Positions 18,948 through 27,355 are shown, counted from the first letter of the stretch. The stretch is 32,000 nt of DNA from an uncultured Actinomycetes bacterium (GCA_963843975.1 CAWJMG010000003.1:2640001-2672000), one strand, 5' to 3'. The notes: generated by a model not told the origin, from the letters alone. Translations and numbers: made by a program.

Positions 18948-19477
18948 ATGAAGGCCGTGATGATGGCGCCCATGGCGCCGATCGCGGACGGTGCGCTGTC
19001 CGCGCTGGCCGACGCCGGCCAGGGTCTGGACTCCCGGGCTGCGGATCACCGCCTCGTGCTCGCCTGCCGAACGGCCGGGGCGGTCGCCATGACAGAGATC
19101 CCACTGGTTATGTTCGCGGCCATCGTCTTGGGTGCTGCGGCACCCCTCGTGGTCGCCGGGGTGCTCTGTCCGCAGGTCTGGCCGTAGGCGCTGGCGTTCG
19201 GGGTCACCACCGCGACCTACGTGCTCGTGGGCCTGATGCTAGGACCGCTGTTTGGTCGCGTCACCGCCCACATGGCAGTCCTCCCGACTTCCCCGACCGG
19301 GGCACCCGGCAAGTTCCCTGATCGCCGGCCACAGCCCTGCGTTCGCGCCGTATGTCCCGGTTACGGCGCCGGGGAGGTCCACCTGGACGACGCCCTCACG
19401 GCGTCGTACGACCAGACCGGCCCGTGTTGCTGGCGATGCTCTGGGTCCTGGGGTTGACGGTCGCGTTCGGGCTCTAA
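18948..19477 (+). pseudogene. Possible decayed membrane-protein gene (in-frame TAG plus frameshift)
   Basis: The high-GC3 frame ...EIPLVMFAAIVLGAAAPLVVAGVL... stops at TAG 19185-19187 and resumes in the same frame (ALAFGVTTATYVLVGLMLGPLFG). Another frame ends PVLLAMLWVLGLTVAFGL* at 19475-19477. Family not recognised. Confidence 0.3.
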
Positions 19478-19582
19478 GTGGCACACGACCCCCGCAACCC
19501 CCAGCGGCCGCTGCCGAACTCCACGCGCTCAGCCTCAGGTGACGACGGGTGAGTCGCCTCGCGGAGGAGGAGGCCAACGACA

Positions 19583-21175
19583 TCAGTTCATGCTCTGTCG
19601 GCGTCGACGCCAGCCCAGCAGAAGTGGCAGGAGCACCGCCAGTGCTCCCCCGGCAGCGAGGAAACCTCCGGCCGCCCCTCCGAACCTCACCGCAGGCGTC
19701 ATCCCCTCGAGGATGTCCACCCGGCCGCTCACCCATCCCGAGCGGCCGTCCTCAAGACTGCCGACGAGCACGCCGTCCGGTGAGATGATGGCACTCACGC
19801 CGGTCGTCGAGGCCACCAGCACGGCGCGCCCCGTCTCCATAGCCCGGAACCGCTCGATGGCCAGCTGTTGGAGCGGCTCGGCACTTCCCGCATAGGTGGC
19901 ATTGTTGGACGGCACGAGGATGAGCCCCGCGCCCCCTCGAACCGCCTCCTGAACCTTGTCGTCGAAGGCCACCTCGTAACAGATCAGAACTCCTGCCTCG
20001 ACCTGACCAACGTCCAGAGTTGGGGGGCCGTCACCGGCGATCATGTCCCGCGGCACCCGCGACACCGACGGGACAGCGGCAGCGAGGAGCGACCTGAAGG
20101 GCACGTACTCGCCAAAAGGAACCAGCCGGCTCTTGCTGTACTCCGGTCCCGGGCCTGACTCGGGCCGCCAGAGGATGGCCTGGTTGAGCAGGCGCCCGGA
20201 TCCGTCAGGTGACTCGGTAAGAGCGCCCACGACCACGGGCGCTCCGACCGCCACCACGGCGCCCTCGACCGTCCGGCTGGCCCAGTCGTCCTGGAGCGGA
20301 TCGATGTCGGCCGCGTTCTCAGGCCAGACCACTAGGTCGAGCACCTCCGTCGAACTGGCTGCCAGCTCTCGCGTCACACGGGCATGAGATTCAAGCACCG
20401 CCCGCGACTGCGACCCTGACGTACTGGGCGGCTGCGGCCCGCCCTGAACCACAGCCACGAGCAACGAATTTGAGGACTCGCGCTGCTGCCCCGGCGATCT
20501 CACCGCTTCAAGCCAGGGTCCAGGAATCGCAAGGGCGACCACGACCACGCCCACCGCTGCAACGACTGAGCCCGGCCGGCGCACACCCGCGAGCAGCACT
20601 CCGGCGAGGCAGGCGCCTGCTGCAGCGAGGACGAAGCTCAGGCCGTACACCCCGAGGTAGGGGATCAACCACTCCCAGGGGCCGTCCACCGCGGTGAAGC
20701 CGAGGCGTGCCCAGGGGAACCCACCGAACGGCCAACCCGACCGCAGCCACTCGACGAGCACCCAGACCAGCGGGACCAGCAGCAGCCCCGCACGCTGGCG
20801 CAGTATGTAGGACATGAAGGTGAGCAGCAGAGACCACCACACCGCGAAGTACGCCACGACGCCGATGAGCGCTTCAGGGGCCACCGCCGCGAGCCAGTTC
20901 ACGGCAGTGAGGGCAAACGCGGAGCCGGCCAAGGCGCCGATGACGGCGGTCTGGCGCGGTCTGAGCCGGGCACCCGACACGGAGAGCACGAGCAGTGCCA
21001 CGCCCGCCGGAGCCGCCCACCACCAGGCTGTCCCGGGGAACGCCGTCGCTGTCAGCACCCCGCCGAGCACCGCGCCGACGAGGCGCGGAGCGGTCCGACG
21101 TCGGCCTCGGGGCGTGCTCACCCGCCGACTGCTGGGGAAGGCCGGTCTGCGCAGCGTGACCGTGGTGACCGGCAC
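19583..21175 (-). CDS. lnt: Apolipoprotein N-acyltransferase
   Basis: Polytopic N-terminus with EWLRS..PFGGFPW, then a CN-hydrolase domain with VVWPE, YSKSRLVPFGEYVP and ICYEVAF (Glu-Lys-Cys triad). The GTG start overlaps the upstream stop by 1 nt. Confidence 0.9.
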   Translation of the reverse strand: MPVTTVTLRRPAFPSSRRVSTPRGRRRTAPRLVGAVLGGVLTATAFPGTAWWWAAPAGVALLVLSVSGARLRPRQTAVIGALAGSAFALTAVNWLAAVAPEALIGVVAYFAVWWSLLLTFMSYILRQRAGLLLVPLVWVLVEWLRSGWPFGGFPWARLGFTAVDGPWEWLIPYLGVYGLSFVLAAAGACLAGVLLAGVRRPGSVVAAVGVVVVALAIPGPWLEAVRSPGQQRESSNSLLVAVVQGGPQPPSTSGSQSRAVLESHARVTRELAASSTEVLDLVVWPENAADIDPLQDDWASRTVEGAVVAVGAPVVVGALTESPDGSGRLLNQAILWRPESGPGPEYSKSRLVPFGEYVPFRSLLAAAVPSVSRVPRDMIAGDGPPTLDVGQVEAGVLICYEVAFDDKVQEAVRGGAGLILVPSNNATYAGSAEPLQQLAIERFRAMETGRAVLVASTTGVSAIISPDGVLVGSLEDGRSGWVSGRVDILEGMTPAVRFGGAAGGFLAAGGALAVLLPLLLGWRRRRQSMN

Positions 21176-22581
21176 TAGCTGCGGCCAACCGACCGTGTGC
21201 GGGCCAGGGTGATCACGAAGGGTCGCACTGGGTCATTCACTGTCTGTTCGTGCAGGATGTCGAGTCCGAGCGCACGCGCAGCGCGGCGGTGCAACGCCCG
21301 ACCGTCGGCGGCCCCGTGCAGCATGAGGAAGTCCCGCTGCTCGCCCGGCGTGGCTGCGAGAGAGCCGAGCGCATCGCGTATGGCCCGAGCGGTGACGAGG
21401 TAGTACAGGACCTCTGCGAGGACGACGCAGTGCGGTTGCTCGGCGTTCGCCAGCCGTGCGGCGACCTCGTCAGGCGGTACGACGTGGGCGTTGCCGAACC
21501 CCCGCGTCCTGCGACGGGCCACGTCTAGGGCTCGTGCGGAGACGTCGGTGCCCAGGACGATGGCCGCTGGGCAAGCCCGCGCCAGGGCCTCCACGTTGTG
21601 CCCGTCGGCGCAGCCGACCTCCACAATCGTCTTATAGCGTCCTCGTAGCGAGGCCACCAGATGCTGCTGCTTGCGCCGTTCGTAGGCAGCCGTGTAGTCC
21701 CACGGGTCAGCCGACACGGAAAACATGGAGTCGAATACGCGGCGGCGCACGAGTCCCCTGCTGGGTTCAGGTGCCAGCCCCAGCAAGGCGAACGCTGCCC
21801 GGTGGGCCAGCCGGGCGCCATCTCGCGCCAACGCGGAGTCCGAGTCGGGCGCCGGCACGGGCCGACGGGCGAGCATCAGCAGGACTGCCCCGCCGATCAA
21901 CCACCCGGCCCACCAGAGCACGACACCGGCCAGGCCGACATCGACCGGCAAGCCGGTCGCCCCTACAAGCAAGACGAGGGGGAAGGAGGCGAGCGCGACC
22001 CCGGCCTTCCATGAGGCGCCCAGGACGTGGACGAGCCGAGCGGCGATCACGATGGTTGCCACCTCGAACGGGATCAGTGCCGTTGCATCCGAGGCAGTCG
22101 CCACGCTTACTACAGCGGTGGTGATCGCGATCAGCACCGCCATCTCTGCGCTGATCGCCAGGCCGACCAGGTGCGGCGACCTACGTGCCGCGGTCGTACC
22201 TCGCACCTCGGTGCGCAATCCCCCCAAGCGGAGGACTGCAGCCGCGGACACGGTCACGGCGCCGATCGCGAGGAGCACGCCGATCGCCGTCCGATCGCCA
22301 CCCAGGACCACTGCTGAGGTGGAGGCCACGACAACCAGGACTGCGACGAGTGCCGCGTACGGCCTCGGCCTCGACACGACCGCCGGACCACCACCGGGCC
22401 GCCGAGCACGATGGGCGCCGGCGATCAACGCTTCAGGCCAGGTGAGGGCAGGCTCCATCGCCCGGGTGAGCAGTGCAGGCTCGGCCACCCTGGCGGCGGC
22501 GGAGGCAACGAGTGAAACGCCGACCAGCGCCTCGGAACGGACGACCAGGGCCGCCGCATCGACGAGCACCCACGCGCTCAC
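21175..22581 (-). CDS. Fusion protein: ~6-TM membrane domain + NodS-family SAM methyltransferase
   Basis: N-terminal ~270 aa has six hydrophobic helices. The C-terminal SADPWDYTAAYERRKQQHLV...IVEVGCADGHNVEALA...LGTDVSARALDVARRR matches the NodS-type DPW..Y..YE..K plus motif I. Coupled to genes on both sides (4-nt and 1-nt overlaps). Confidence 0.7.
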   Translation of the reverse strand: MSAWVLVDAAALVVRSEALVGVSLVASAAARVAEPALLTRAMEPALTWPEALIAGAHRARRPGGGPAVVSRPRPYAALVAVLVVVASTSAVVLGGDRTAIGVLLAIGAVTVSAAAVLRLGGLRTEVRGTTAARRSPHLVGLAISAEMAVLIAITTAVVSVATASDATALIPFEVATIVIAARLVHVLGASWKAGVALASFPLVLLVGATGLPVDVGLAGVVLWWAGWLIGGAVLLMLARRPVPAPDSDSALARDGARLAHRAAFALLGLAPEPSRGLVRRRVFDSMFSVSADPWDYTAAYERRKQQHLVASLRGRYKTIVEVGCADGHNVEALARACPAAIVLGTDVSARALDVARRRTRGFGNAHVVPPDEVAARLANAEQPHCVVLAEVLYYLVTARAIRDALGSLAATPGEQRDFLMLHGAADGRALHRRAARALGLDILHEQTVNDPVRPFVITLARTRSVGRS

Positions 22582-22904
22582 GAACGGTCCGCGCCGTGAC
22601 GGGCGGCTGCGGTGCCGCCTCGGGTGCTCACAGCGAACGAGCAGTCCACGATCACCATCTTCCCGGCCGCCCCCAGCGGCCTGAGAGCTTCGGCGAAACC
22701 GCCGGCGTAGCCAGCATCAGCCGGTTGCTTGTCCAGGAGCAGCGCCCGCCCGCACTCGCTGGCATCGATGTCGCCCGCGGCGACTCGGCGGTCGAGCAAC
22801 GGAAGCGGGGGCTCGAACGACCGACAGTGCGAGGGCCAGTTGGCAGCCCAGAGCACCGCCCGCACAGCAAGAGGGACCGCCGCTCCGGACAGAGGCAGCA
22901 TCAT
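22578..22904 (-). CDS. Hypothetical 108-aa protein, first gene of the MT-lnt operon
   Basis: Start MMLPLSG (cat 22902-22904) behind GAGGAG with 4-nt spacing. High GC3. Its PADAGYAGGF segment is faintly GT-A/DUF2064-like. The frame stays open upstream (see findings). Confidence 0.5.
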   Translation of the reverse strand: MMLPLSGAAVPLAVRAVLWAANWPSHCRSFEPPLPLLDRRVAAGDIDASECGRALLLDKQPADAGYAGGFAEALRPLGAAGKMVIVDCSFAVSTRGGTAAARHGADRS

Positions 22905-23018
22905 GCCGCTCCTCGACAGCCAGCCGTACCAGCCCCTCAACCCGCTTCTCCAGACATGTTTCCTCTCACCATTTGTCTGGTCAGCGTGAGCGAACGACGT
23001 CAAGCCCGGGCAGGGATT

Positions 23019-23039
23019 CGATGAAGATTCGACGAAGCC
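23019..23039 (-). promoter_or_regulatory. Direct-repeat box f (GGCTTCGTcgaaTCTTCATCG on minus strand)
   Basis: ATGAAG at 23021-23026 and ACGAAG at 23032-23037, 115 nt upstream of the 22904 start. Near-identical to box a. Confidence 0.55.
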
Positions 23040-23210
23040 GCAGGCGAGGCCGTGGCTCGGCTCGGTGGCCGGTCGGGGCAGTTCGAATCCGTCCGACGCC
23101 GCGCATGTCGGGTTCAGCGTGGTGATGCGCCGGCTGGCAGCCATCTTGGGCGAGGTGACAACGCTGTGCTCGGGGACATCCGTCACGGCCTCGACGACCG
23201 GCATGGTGCA

Positions 23211-23336
23211 CTAGCCGTTGCCGTCGTCAATCTCACACCTGGATCCGGCGCAGTGCGCGGGCTTCGGAGTGTCGAAGTCCCCGATGCCCGTCGGGCTTAC
23301 CGTGAACAGGTCCGCTTGCTTCTTGAGAACTAGCAT
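23211..23336 (-). CDS. Candidate 41-aa Cys/His peptide ORF (or the head of a TAG-interrupted pseudogene)
   Basis: ATG 23336 to TAG 23211-23213: MLVLKKQADLFTVSPTGIGDFDTPKPAHCAGSRCEIDDGNG. 33 of 41 codons end in G/C. No convincing SD. Same frame as the ORF starting at 23204. Confidence 0.25.
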   Translation of the reverse strand: MLVLKKQADLFTVSPTGIGDFDTPKPAHCAGSRCEIDDGNG

Positions 23337-23393
23337 CAAAGTGCGGAACCGAATGTTGGACTGGAGGTGATCTCAAGCGGGTGTTCGAGAGCT

Positions 23394-24544
23394 TCAACTG
23401 TTCGCGGGTTGACCGGCCGTTGCTCCCTTTGCCGTTGCGGGCCGTCCCTCGGCGAGAGGGATGGTGAAGGTAAAAGTGGCGCCCAGGCCCGCGCCCTGAC
23501 TGTCCGCCACCAGACTGCCCCGATGATCGGTCACGATCGCTCTCGCGATTGTCAAGCCGAGCCCGCTGCCGCTCCCGTCCAAGCTTCGTCGAGAGCTATC
23601 CACCCGGTGGAACCGTTGGAACACCGATTCGAGCTGATCATCAGGGATCCCCTCACCGTTGTCGCTGACGGCGACCCACGCCCCGTCGCGGTCTTCGCTC
23701 ATGCGGACGCTGACGGCTCCCCCGGGTGAATGGCGGAGGGCGTTGTCCAGCAGGTTGGAGAGCACCTGCTGAAGCCTCACTGCGTCGGCATCGACCGTGA
23801 CCTCCCACGGGGAAAGTTCGAGGGACAGGGCCACCCCTGCCGCTTCGTAGCGTGGCCGCGCCGCCGCCACGGAACCGGAAACGATGTGATTGAGGCTGGT
23901 GGGCTCCAGGTGGATGCCCAGCGCGTGCTCCTCGGCCAGTGCGACCTCACGCAGGTCACCGGACAGGCGCCGCAGCCGCTCGATCTGCTCGCGCATCGTG
24001 GCGTACGACGGCGCGTCGCCCGCCACGACACCGTCCTCGAGGCCGTCGACGTATGCCTCGAGTGTCGCCAGCGGAGTTCGCAGTTCGTGGGCGAGGTCCG
24101 ACAGCAGACTGCTGCGGCTCGTCTCACTGTCTGCGGCTTGTGAGCCATTCGTTCGAACGCGTCGGTGAGCCGCTCGATCTCGCTGCTGAAGGGGTCCACC
24201 GGAACGCTCACGTCGAACCTGCCCGATGCGAGGGTCTCGGCGGCGTCGGCCAACTCTTCCACCGGGTGCGCGACGCGACGGACGATGAACCACGACACCA
24301 GGAACGCCGCGACCAACGAGACGCCGGTCGCGACCAGCAAGGAGATCGCGAACGAAGTAGCGAAGGCCTGCTCGGCGTGCTGCAGGACGGTCGGGGAATC
24401 CTCACCCGTTTCGGCGAGGTGATGATGAAAGAGTCCAGGGCCGACGATCACCGCGGACCCGATCAGTGCGGCAGCGCCCGCGCCTATGACCAGGGTCTGG
24501 GCTGCCATCAGCCGCCGGGCGAGGCTCGGTCGCTGCCCGTTCAT
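23394..24544 (-). pseudogene. Sensor histidine kinase (CopS-like architecture), interrupted by a -1 frameshift
   Basis: The N-terminal frame (ATG 24544, ATGA overlap with the RR stop) has TM1, the loop GPGLFHHHLAETGEDSPTVLQHAEQ, TM2 and HAMP ...EIERLTDAFERMAHK. The H-box LLSDLAHELRTPL plus N, G1 (DNGEGI) and G2 (GSGLGL) boxes are in another frame. Span is 1151 nt, not a multiple of 3. Junction is ~24126-24139. Confidence 0.75.
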
Positions 24545-25245
24545 CCCCGACCCATCCCATAGCCGACGCCGCGGACGGTTCGGACGAACCGGGGCTCGTT
24601 TGCCTCGTCGCCGAGCTTCTTGCGCAGGTGCCCGATGTGGACGTCCACGACGTGCTCGTCCCCGTACCACTCGCCGCCCCAAACACCTTCGATGAGCTGG
24701 CGACGGGAAAAGGCCGCGTGGGGTCGTGCGGCCATAACCGCAAGGAGGTCGAACTCGGTGCGTGTGAGCTCGACGTCGCCGCCGTCGACCAAGACGACCC
24801 GGGCCTCGGGATCGATAACGAGCCCACCGACGGTAAGTGGGGGCCGGTCCTGCTGCTCCTCCTTCTGCCGAGGCCGACGCAGCATTGCTTTGGTGCGGGC
24901 GATCAACTCGCGTGGCGAGAACGGCTTCACGATGTAGTCGTCCGCGCCGACTGCTAGGGCGACCACCTTGTCCGTCTCGTCGTCTCGAGCGGTGAGCATG
25001 ATGACATAGGCGTCGGTGAATTCGCGGACACGCCGGCACACCTCTACCCCGTCGAATCCAGGCAGCATGAGGTCCAGCACGATCAGGTCCGGCCGGGTCG
25101 CGGCGGCCTGCGCCACCGCGCTAGGACCGTCGTGGGCCAGGATGACGACAAATCCCTCCTTCTCCAGGTAGCTCGCGACGATCTTGGCCAGCGGTACCTC
25201 GTCGTCCACGACCAGCACAGTTCCCTGGGAGTCCAGCACGCGCAT
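24541..25245 (-). CDS. OmpR/PhoB-family response regulator
   Basis: MRVLDSQGTVLVVDDE...DLIVLDLMLPGFDG...ADDYIVKPFSPRELIAR plus a winged-helix C-terminus (ELTRTEFDLL...VRGVGYG). An alternative GTG start lies at 25275. Confidence 0.9.
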   Translation of the reverse strand: MRVLDSQGTVLVVDDEVPLAKIVASYLEKEGFVVILAHDGPSAVAQAAATRPDLIVLDLMLPGFDGVEVCRRVREFTDAYVIMLTARDDETDKVVALAVGADDYIVKPFSPRELIARTKAMLRRPRQKEEQQDRPPLTVGGLVIDPEARVVLVDGGDVELTRTEFDLLAVMAARPHAAFSRRQLIEGVWGGEWYGDEHVVDVHIGHLRKKLGDEANEPRFVRTVRGVGYGMGRG

Positions 25246-25326
25246 CTCCTCTGTCTCGTTCACGCATCTCACCACCCGAAGACCGGATGAGACAGCCCCA
25301 GCCCCCTCGACGCCTCAGAAGACATG

Positions 25327-25348
25327 GGATCTTCATCCTGCGCCCCGG
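25327..25348 (-). promoter_or_regulatory. Half-box i with a flank shared with box g (CCGGGGCGCAGGATGAAGATCC on minus strand)
   Basis: A single ATGAAGATCC unit plus the same CCGGGGCGCA flank as box g, ~80-100 nt upstream of the RR start. Confidence 0.35.
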
Positions 25349-25351
25349 TCG

Positions 25352-26200
25352 CTACCCGGCTCCGCGGACGTTGACGGACCCTGTTGGATCGGAAGGCGAC
25401 GGGCTCGACGTGGAGCGCGGGCGCGACGGGTACCCGGTGTCGAAGTGCATGTAGTCGGGAACCTTGATGTCCTGCCAGACCCATCCGCGCGCGGTGAACA
25501 GGTCGACGACTGCGGACCCGGCGCGGATGACGCCACCGCCTTCGGTTGCGCGCGCGTAGCGGGTCGAAGGCACCCAGCACGCGCAACGCGGGTCCTTCCA
25601 AGGGTTCTGGAGCGGATTGATGTCCACGGCGCGGCCGTTCGCGTGTGGCGAGTCCGCTACAGGCGCGTTGATCTGGCTGGCGCGTCGGCAGTTGAAGGCG
25701 GAGGTGTTGTTGGCGCGCAGGCTCCGATAGACGTCGCCCCCGAACCGCTCCACCGGATCCATTCGCTCGATGGGGAAGCCGACCTGGAAGAGTGACGAGA
25801 AGATCGTCACCATGTCGGCTGCGCTGTCGGCATGGACTATGAGTTGGCCGCGCCCGATGCCGCCCTGGAACGTGTGGAAGTTGATGTCGACCCGTCGCAG
25901 GTCCACCTGTCCGACGGGGCAGCCGGACCGCCAGGTGCCGCTCTTGACGACCGTCTCCCATTGGCGATCCGAGATGCGGCTGACCGTCGCATCCGCCTGC
26001 ACCGGCCGCGTCGGTGATTTCGTCGGGGACACGTCCTGCGTGAAGGCTGGCGTGCCGGAAGTCCCCTCGGTTGCCGGATAGGTCGACCCACCGCCAGTTG
26101 GACGCCCTGTGGATGACACCAGCCAAGCGCCCACGGCTGCGACAATCACAACGGCCACGACCAGCGCGGTCCCGACCCGCACCCGTGTGGCCCGATTCAT
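25352..26200 (-). CDS. M15-family zinc D,D-/L,D-peptidase (VanY/LdcB-like), membrane-anchored
   Basis: Start MNRATRVRVGTALVVAVVIV (ATGA overlap with the GNAT stop). Zn ligands SPHANGRAVDI (H-x6-D) and PDYMHFD. Confidence 0.8.
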   Translation of the reverse strand: MNRATRVRVGTALVVAVVIVAAVGAWLVSSTGRPTGGGSTYPATEGTSGTPAFTQDVSPTKSPTRPVQADATVSRISDRQWETVVKSGTWRSGCPVGQVDLRRVDINFHTFQGGIGRGQLIVHADSAADMVTIFSSLFQVGFPIERMDPVERFGGDVYRSLRANNTSAFNCRRASQINAPVADSPHANGRAVDINPLQNPWKDPRCACWVPSTRYARATEGGGVIRAGSAVVDLFTARGWVWQDIKVPDYMHFDTGYPSRPRSTSSPSPSDPTGSVNVRGAG

Positions 26201-26883
26201 CGCCGCTCGGTTCCGTCCAGGCACTTCACCATCCGTACTAGTCGACGTCCGTCGCGACTCGTGGCCTCGTCCTCCGTAGTCCATCCCCGTCGCTGGTACA
26301 GCCCGGTTGCCACCGTGTTGACCGTCTCGTTGACCAGGTGAACCCTGGAGGCTCCGGACGCTGCGGCTTGCTGGAGGAAGGTGTCATGAAGTGCTGATCC
26401 GGCGCCCCGCAGGCGGTGACCTGGTGCCACGAAGATGGACAGAAGCTCGGCTGACCTCATCTCGCCTTCCGTCCGTTCGCCGCGAGTGTCGCCGCCGGCA
26501 CGGACTCCTCGGGCCAGTCGACGCAGGTACCACAGCGACCACACCCGCAGGAACTCCCCCCACAGTCCGGGGCGACGACGCAGGGCGGCGGCGCTCGCCC
26601 GCGCCAACGGCGACGCTGCGTGCCGGGCCTTGTGCGTGCGAAGCCGCTCGTCGTCCAGGGAGCCGAGCAAGTAACCGATCACCAGGCCCGTGCGAGGGTC
26701 CACGGCGGAGAAGGACGCAACGGCGGGGGACTTCAGGTGCTCACGTACGTCACTGACCATGAAGTCGGGACCGAGCCGTGAGTAGAAGCAGTGCGGGAAG
26801 TTCTGGAGGTGCCACTCCACCACCGCGGGTACGTCCACGGGGCGCATGGGCCTCACCTGCACGACGGTGCTGCGTTCGATCAT
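26197..26883 (-). CDS. GNAT-family N-acetyltransferase
   Basis: Start MIERSTVVQVRPM (cat 26881-26883, GGAG upstream). Acetyl-CoA motif IFVAPGHRLRGAGSAL and C-terminal LYQRRGW. The ORF could extend to 26961. Confidence 0.7.
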   Translation of the reverse strand: MIERSTVVQVRPMRPVDVPAVVEWHLQNFPHCFYSRLGPDFMVSDVREHLKSPAVASFSAVDPRTGLVIGYLLGSLDDERLRTHKARHAASPLARASAAALRRRPGLWGEFLRVWSLWYLRRLARGVRAGGDTRGERTEGEMRSAELLSIFVAPGHRLRGAGSALHDTFLQQAAASGASRVHLVNETVNTVATGLYQRRGWTTEDEATSRDGRRLVRMVKCLDGTERR

Positions 26884-27011
26884 GCGCGTGCTCCAGTGGG
26901 CGCGAAAGCAGGGACCGGAACGGCAACGATGCAGCCGCCATTCGAGCGCGGAACGCCTCACCCACCGGTAAGGAGAGCCTCACACGAGCCCGCACCCAGG
27001 ACGGCCGGGGC

Positions 27012-27032
27012 GCATGAAGGTTCGATGAAGAT
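27012..27032 (-). promoter_or_regulatory. Direct-repeat box g (ATCTTCATcgaaCCTTCATGC on minus strand)
   Basis: ATGAAG at 27014-27019 and 27025-27030, in the divergent gap between the GNAT-M15 genes and the M23 peptidase gene. Confidence 0.6.
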
Positions 27033-27194
27033 CCTTGCAGTCGCTGCCTGCGCTTCCACTCGGAGCAGGAGCCGATACTCCATTCCCTGCAGGCTATATC
27101 AGCGGATCGCCCAATGCGCGGGGTGAGTGCTACGGTGCCATCCGTCACGTCACCGACGCGATGCAGGAGAGGGACGCCGAGTGCTGCCCGCCCA

Positions 27195-27342
27195 CTCCTG
27201 CCGAGTTCTGCGCACCGCTTTGGGCAGGAGTGGGGGACCCACGTAGCGGACGCCCACCCAGGCGCCTAGGGGTGAAGCAGGGCGCAGCCCTGCCGGTCAG
27301 GATCCGACGACCGAACCCGACAGCTAACCCCGCAGGCGAGTC
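27195..27342 (+). promoter_or_regulatory. c-di-AMP riboswitch (ydaO-yuaA class) in the M23 peptidase leader
   Basis: CCUGCCGAGUUCUGCGCAC...GGAGUGGGGGACCCACGUAGCGGACGCCCACCCAGGCGCCUAGGGGUGAAGCAGGGCGCAGCCCUGCCGGUCAGGAUCCGACGACCGAACCCGACAGCUAACCCCGCAGGCGAGUCGGGAAGAGG. It has the same conserved blocks as the 17560-17686 copy. P1 is CCUGC/GCAGG, followed by the RBS and ATG 27356. Confidence 0.85.
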
Positions 27343-27355
27343 GGGAAGAGGTCCC

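Noticed and set aside
23071-23100. tRNA-like T-loop string GGCAGTTCGAATCCGTC
   Set aside because: The flanking 5-mers (GGCAG/CCGTC) do not pair as a T-stem, and no acceptor or anticodon arms can be built.
23211-23336. Lasso-peptide or other RiPP precursor reading of the 41-aa ORF (Thr at -2, Ser1...Asp7/Asp9, two Cys)
   Set aside because: No lasso cyclase/protease (B/C), radical-SAM, LanB/C/M or YcaO-type gene lies anywhere in the window, and the leader lacks the usual YxxP motif. It is kept only as an unexplained small ORF.
27034-27194. Possible promoter (TATATC at ~27093) or small ORF in the long M23 leader upstream of the riboswitch
   Set aside because: No acceptable -35 at 16-18 nt spacing and no ORF with RBS. 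This cannot be supported from sequence alone.
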